Shown: piece after piece, positions 59,956 through 64,000 of the stretch | Layout of the letters: each line of letters starts with the position of its first letter | Position numbering within the stretch: position 1 is the stretch's first letter | DNA from: Gammaproteobacteria bacterium | GTDB lineage: Bacteria; Pseudomonadota; Gammaproteobacteria; Steroidobacterales; Foliamicaceae | Reading direction: 5' to 3' | NCBI GenBank assembly: GCA_028821145.1 | Contig: JAPPHC010000023.1 | Location: 5,305 to 69,304, forward strand | Length of the DNA stretch: 64,000 nt | The notes under the pieces: generated by a model | Seen by the model: only the letters and a program-made list of their open reading frames with translations | What the model was told of the DNA's origin: nothing | Database searches by the model: none | Program-made: the position numbers and the translations under genes

Positions 59956-61448
59956 GGGCGCCCGGCATTCCCGGCCCTTCGGGGGCCAACCAGCTTGAGC
60001 TGAAGACGCCGCTGCACACAATGGCGGCCTTCGGGGTCGGCAACATTCCCGACAGCATCAAGAACTGGTCCTGGAACGCCTTCGTCCTGTTTCTCTATGC
60101 CCAGGTGCACGGCCTGTCGGGCACCCTGACGGGCATTGCCATTCTGATTGCGCTGATCGTCGATGCCGTATCCGATCCTTACGTGGGCTTTCTGTCCGAC
60201 CGCGCCCAGGGCTGGAAGTACGGACGCCGGCACACCCTGATGATGTTTGCCGTCGTGCCTTTCGGATTTTGCTTCTACGCCCTGTTCGTGCCGCCGGAAG
60301 GGCTCGGTCAGAGCGGACTGTTCCTGTGGCTGTTGCTCTTCGCCGTTCTCAACCGTCTGTTCATTACCTTGTTCCATGTGCCCTACAAGGCCGTCGGCGC
60401 CGAGCTCAGCCGCGATATAACCATGCGCCCGAGAATCAAGGCCTTCGGCACCGTCGGGATGCAGGGAGCCCGCATCGGCCTGCCGCTGCTGGCCTTCGGC
60501 TACTTCTTTTTTGAAAGCGCCGCTTATTCGCGGGGACAACTGGACCCGGCCAACTACCCGCCCTTCGCCGCCGCCTTCGCGGCGGTCGCAGTCCTTGCGA
60601 TGGTGATCAACATCGCCGGAACGCTCAAACCCGTCGTGGGGATCGAACGGCTGGAGCCGCCGAGGCCGAAGCCGCGCATTGGGCCGGTCGCGGCCCTCAA
60701 GGCCGTAGTCTCGGCCATGACCGTTACGCCGAATGTCCGCCGTTCGCTGTTGCTGGCCATCGTGGTGTTCTTCGCGATCAGTTCCATCTCGGTGCTGCGG
60801 GTGCACCTGATCACCTATCTGTGGCAAACGCCGGCCGACCTGACCGGGTGGCTGGCCTCGGCCCAGGCCATCGGCGCCGCCACCGGGGCCATCGTCCTGC
60901 CGTTCGCGGTCAAGACGCTGGACCGCAAGCGTTGCATTGCGGTGGGCATGTGCGGATACACCGGCCTGACGGCGCTGGCGGTGCTGCTGCCGGTGTTCGG
61001 GCTGCTGCCGCCGCCGGCGTCCCGGGAACTGGCCTTTGCGCTGATCGGCATGTTCATGGCGGCGGGCGTATTGCTGGGCGTATACCTGGTGGCCATCGCA
61101 TCGCTGGGCTCCGATGTGGCCGACGAGCACGAAGTCAACACCGGCAAGCGCCAGCAGGCGCTGATCAGCGGGTTCGGGAGTTTCGCCATCAAGACCGCCG
61201 GCGCGGTCATGGTGTTGTTGACCGGAATCTACCTCGATATCATCGGCTTTCCGGCGGGCGCGCCGGTGGGCTCGGTTCCCTGGGAAAAAGTGGAGGCGCT
61301 GGCGTATTTCTCCGCCGGATTCTGCGTCCTGGGGTGCTTCCTGGTGCTGTGGGTGGCATCACTGTTCGACGTTTCGCTGGACAAGCAGCGGGAAATCAAC
61401 CGGCGGCTGCAGGCCATGCTGAAAGCCGAGGGCACAAGCACGGCATGA
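59952..61448 (+). CDS. MFS transporter, GPH (glycoside-pentoside-hexuronide)-like
   Basis: AAFGVGNIPDS and DAVSDPYVGFLSDRAQGWKYGRRH (GPH signature region). The start is uncertain: GTG 59952 overlapping the upstream stop is used here; ATG 60021 is the alternative. Confidence 0.8.
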   Translation: MRAPGIPGPSGANQLELKTPLHTMAAFGVGNIPDSIKNWSWNAFVLFLYAQVHGLSGTLTGIAILIALIVDAVSDPYVGFLSDRAQGWKYGRRHTLMMFAVVPFGFCFYALFVPPEGLGQSGLFLWLLLFAVLNRLFITLFHVPYKAVGAELSRDITMRPRIKAFGTVGMQGARIGLPLLAFGYFFFESAAYSRGQLDPANYPPFAAAFAAVAVLAMVINIAGTLKPVVGIERLEPPRPKPRIGPVAALKAVVSAMTVTPNVRRSLLLAIVVFFAISSISVLRVHLITYLWQTPADLTGWLASAQAIGAATGAIVLPFAVKTLDRKRCIAVGMCGYTGLTALAVLLPVFGLLPPPASRELAFALIGMFMAAGVLLGVYLVAIASLGSDVADEHEVNTGKRQQALISGFGSFAIKTAGAVMVLLTGIYLDIIGFPAGAPVGSVPWEKVEALAYFSAGFCVLGCFLVLWVASLFDVSLDKQREINRRLQAMLKAEGTSTA

Positions 61449-61485
61449 ACCGGCTAGCCGGAATGAATCAATCGGGAGTGCAAAC

Positions 61486-63555
61486 ATGCTGATCATTTCT
61501 CAAAGGGCCTGGAACGCCACGGACACGGAGGCGCTTGCCGCATACGTGGAAAGCGCCATGAAACTGGTGCGCCGCCGCCAGCTCGACCCGAAGGCGGAGC
61601 CTCTGCTGCTGCTGCCGCAGGCCGTTCCTGCGGACGACGCGCCCGAACGGGACGCGCTGCTCGCCGCGCTGGGCGACATTGCTGCATCCGAAAAAGTGAT
61701 GCTTGCCGGCGCCGCCGGCGTGACGGGCAAGGCCGGCGTCGCGACCATCGGCTTTCTGCTCTCGGCCGAGGGCGGGCCGTTGCTCACGGCGCCCAAGATC
61801 TCTCCGGACCTCGTGACCGGGTTCGGCGAGGATGCGACCGCCGCCACCGGGCAGCCCGCCGAGTTCAAGGTTGCGAGCACCGGCATCGGCCAGGTCGGCA
61901 TACTGCCGGGCGAGGACGTGCTGTTCGCGCACTACGCGCGGGCGCTCACCTGGGCCGGCGCCGAGGTCATCCTCAACCCGGTGGCCGAGGTCGGCGATCA
62001 CCTGTTCGAGTCGCGCCGCAACGCCCGCCGGGCCCGCGCCTGGGAAAACACCTCGTATGTGGCCGTGGCCGGGGCCGTGGGCGGGACGCCGAACGGGCCC
62101 GCCTGCTCCAGCCTGATCGATTTCGCCGGCGCGACCACGCACGCCGCCGGAGAGGCGGACCTGCTGCTGCCCGACCTCGATATCGAGCGGCTCAGGCGCC
62201 GGCGCAACGACATCTTCGCCGTGCAGCCGCTGCATCTCAGGGCCAACCTCTACGCCGACGGCTACGGGAGGCTGATCGAGCGGCGTCCCGAAGAACTGCC
62301 GAGCCCGCCGCGGGGCCGCGACGCGTGGATCGACGAGTGCGAGCGCAGGCTGGCGCAAAACCCCGCCCCCTCGCGGACCGACCGCATCGAGCAATACGAC
62401 GTGATCCTCACGCAGACCGTCGGCAAGATCATCAAGCGCGAACATGACGCGGACGATCTCAGGCGCGACAACACGCAGCGGGCGCTGCGGCTGGCCGAGC
62501 GGCTGGCGTCGAACCCGAGCATCAAGCTGGCCGTGTTCCCCGAGTTCTTCATGCACGGCCAGGGCGGACACGGCTATCGCTCGCCCATCACGCTGCAGCG
62601 CCTGGCCATCCGCTACCCGGGCCCGGAAATGGAACTGCTGCAGGATTTCGCCCTCAAGCACAAGATCTTCATTGCCGGGTCCACCTTCGAGATCGACGAC
62701 CGGCTGCCCGGGCACGTGTTCAACTCGGCCTTCATCCTCGACGACACCGGCAACCTGATTCATCGCTACCGCAAGATCCAGTGCGCCGACGTCTGGGGCT
62801 CGCTGCCGGACACGACCCCGAGCAGCGTTTACGACCGCTACCTGGACATCTTCGGATACGACTTCCTGTTCCCGGTGGCCGATACGCGCATCGGCAGGCT
62901 GGCGACCATGGTCTGCTTCGACCAGGCGCATCCGGAAATCGCGCGCATGCTCACGAAATACGGGGCCGAAGTGATCCTTCATCCCACTTCCGAGGGGCAC
63001 GGCAGCCAGCGGTCCGGCTGGGACGCCGCGCGCATGACGCGCGCTTTCGAGAACACCGCCTACGTGCTTTCTCCCATGCCGGGGTCGGAGTTTTTCCATC
63101 ACGGCAACGGCGAGTTCCCGACCAGCCAGATGCGCGGGCACACGAAGGCCGTCAACTTCGACGGCACGATCCAGGGCGTGGCCGACGGGCCGGGAGGTTG
63201 CATACTCACCGCGACAGTGGACCTGAAGGCACTGCAAAGGGCCCGCGCCAACGCCCTGACGAACCTGCCGCTTTGGGACGACCCCGAGGTCTATGCCCAT
63301 ATCTATGCCGGCGAAGTCGGACTGCCGAACAACCTCTGGGGACCCGATCCGCTGGAGAACCCCTACGTCGGTTTCGGTCCGCTGAAGGAGCGTCTCGACA
63401 GCTACTACGCACGGGGCGTTTTCGTGCGGCCCAGCGGCGTCGATCCGGACGCGCCGGTCACTTCGAGCCGCGTCTACGGGCCGGCCCTCAAGCCCAGGGA
63501 AGCCACGCGGCTGGCGGACCAGGAGCGGCTGGAAGGCGAATCGATCCAGGTGTAG
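61486..63555 (+). CDS. Tandem carbon-nitrogen hydrolase (nitrilase-superfamily) protein; N-terminal copy lacks catalytic Glu and Cys
   Basis: The C-terminal domain has the Glu-Lys-Cys triad contexts LAVFPEFF, HRYRKIQ and TMVCFDQAHP. The N-terminal domain aligns as LLLLPQAV, LTAPKIS and VGILPGEDVLF (Glu to Gln, Cys to Pro). Confidence 0.8.
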   Translation: MLIISQRAWNATDTEALAAYVESAMKLVRRRQLDPKAEPLLLLPQAVPADDAPERDALLAALGDIAASEKVMLAGAAGVTGKAGVATIGFLLSAEGGPLLTAPKISPDLVTGFGEDATAATGQPAEFKVASTGIGQVGILPGEDVLFAHYARALTWAGAEVILNPVAEVGDHLFESRRNARRARAWENTSYVAVAGAVGGTPNGPACSSLIDFAGATTHAAGEADLLLPDLDIERLRRRRNDIFAVQPLHLRANLYADGYGRLIERRPEELPSPPRGRDAWIDECERRLAQNPAPSRTDRIEQYDVILTQTVGKIIKREHDADDLRRDNTQRALRLAERLASNPSIKLAVFPEFFMHGQGGHGYRSPITLQRLAIRYPGPEMELLQDFALKHKIFIAGSTFEIDDRLPGHVFNSAFILDDTGNLIHRYRKIQCADVWGSLPDTTPSSVYDRYLDIFGYDFLFPVADTRIGRLATMVCFDQAHPEIARMLTKYGAEVILHPTSEGHGSQRSGWDAARMTRAFENTAYVLSPMPGSEFFHHGNGEFPTSQMRGHTKAVNFDGTIQGVADGPGGCILTATVDLKALQRARANALTNLPLWDDPEVYAHIYAGEVGLPNNLWGPDPLENPYVGFGPLKERLDSYYARGVFVRPSGVDPDAPVTSSRVYGPALKPREATRLADQERLEGESIQV

Positions 63556-63574
63556 CCGCCACAGGAGTTGAGTC

Positions 63575-64000
63575 GTGAAGCGCAGGCAGGTCCTCAAGGG
63601 AGCGCTCTCGCTTTCCGCGTTGTCGCTCTCCTACCCGCTGCTGCGCCCGGCCAGGAGCCTTGCGGCGGAAAAAACCTCGGTAGTCGTGATCGGCGGCGGG
63701 CTGAGCGGACTCAACTGCGCGCTGCTGCTGTCCGAGTTCGGCCTCGACGTGATCGTGCTGGAAGGCTCGCAACGCGTCGGCGGGCGGGCCTACACGGCCG
63801 ACGGCGTGGAAACGCGCCCCGAATACGGCGCCAGCCAGATCGGCCGTTCGTACGCCCGTGCGCTCGACCTCTGCTCGCGCCTGAACCTGGAGCTCATACC
63901 CCAGGACCGCTTCATCATGCCGATGTCCAACTGCGTGGACGGAACCTGGGTGCGGTCCGAGGACTGGGCCGACTCGCCGGTCAACAAGCTGGCGGACGGC
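63575..64000 (+). CDS. Second FAD-dependent amine oxidase with Tat signal (5' part, runs off window)
   Basis: RBS AGGAG at 63563-63567, GTG start. VKRRQVLKGALSLSAL leader, then VVVIGGGLSGLNCALLLSEFGLDVIVLEGSQRVGGRA. The frame is open to position 64000. Not in the supplied ORF track because no stop is reached. Confidence 0.75.
   Translation, partial: MKRRQVLKGALSLSALSLSYPLLRPARSLAAEKTSVVVIGGGLSGLNCALLLSEFGLDVIVLEGSQRVGGRAYTADGVETRPEYGASQIGRSYARALDLCSRLNLELIPQDRFIMPMSNCVDGTWVRSEDWADSPVNKLADG

Noticed and set aside
1-64000. CRISPR arrays, rRNA, tRNA, IS elements with terminal inverted repeats
   Set aside because: I saw no regularly spaced direct repeats with unique spacers, no rRNA-like conserved blocks, no foldable tRNA and no transposase-like ORF on visual inspection. 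Dedicated tools (CRISPRCasFinder, tRNAscan-SE, ISEScan) should confirm this.

Overview
High-G+C, proteobacterial-style sequence; the taxon cannot be assigned from the sequence alone. Positions 1 to about 52.5 kb are the right-hand part of an integrative conjugative element (ICE) whose left end lies outside the window. In order, the ICE carries four blocks. (i) A plus-strand F-type transfer operon: S26 peptidase, traW, an internal ssb, traU, trbC, traN, traF, traH, traG, traD and a TrwC/MOBF-type relaxase-helicase. (ii) A 21-gene block at 21.9-43.2 kb, all on the minus strand, of plasmid leading-region or establishment type: DUF2493-like, Toprim, canonical ssb, DprA/SLOG-like, higBA, a 1509-aa methylase-helicase, DUF2958-like, GHKL ATPase, large ParB-like protein, VWA plus MoxR ATPase, PAPS-reductase-like, radC. 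(iii) A 5-gene plus-strand cargo cluster at 43.5-49.0 kb: two outer-membrane beta-barrels, a GPP34 / four-His membrane fusion, an 11-haem cytochrome c and a mono-haem protein. (iv) Two co-transcribed tyrosine integrases at 50.05-52.43 kb. From 52.6 kb to the end the sequence looks chromosomal, with an orphan vapC, an Ala-rich repeat lipoprotein and a Tat-rich amine/amide catabolic cluster. The most interesting signals are these. (a) The ICE-borne porin / multihaem / dihaem-b-like module may be a new trans-envelope electron conduit. (b) A visibly lower-G+C single-gene insertion (19349-21112) has a Toprim-like C-terminal module and is followed by about 770 bp of ORF-poor DNA with an array of related 16-bp palindromes and hairpins. 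(c) A recombination scar between traD and traI includes a relaxase 5' fragment fused to an integrase 3' fragment, vapBC, and a second traD that lacks its ATPase core. (d) Three cases of duplicated gene-end modules. No rRNA, tRNA or CRISPR array was found. All family names come from motif recognition by eye. DUF numbers are from memory and need HMM confirmation.
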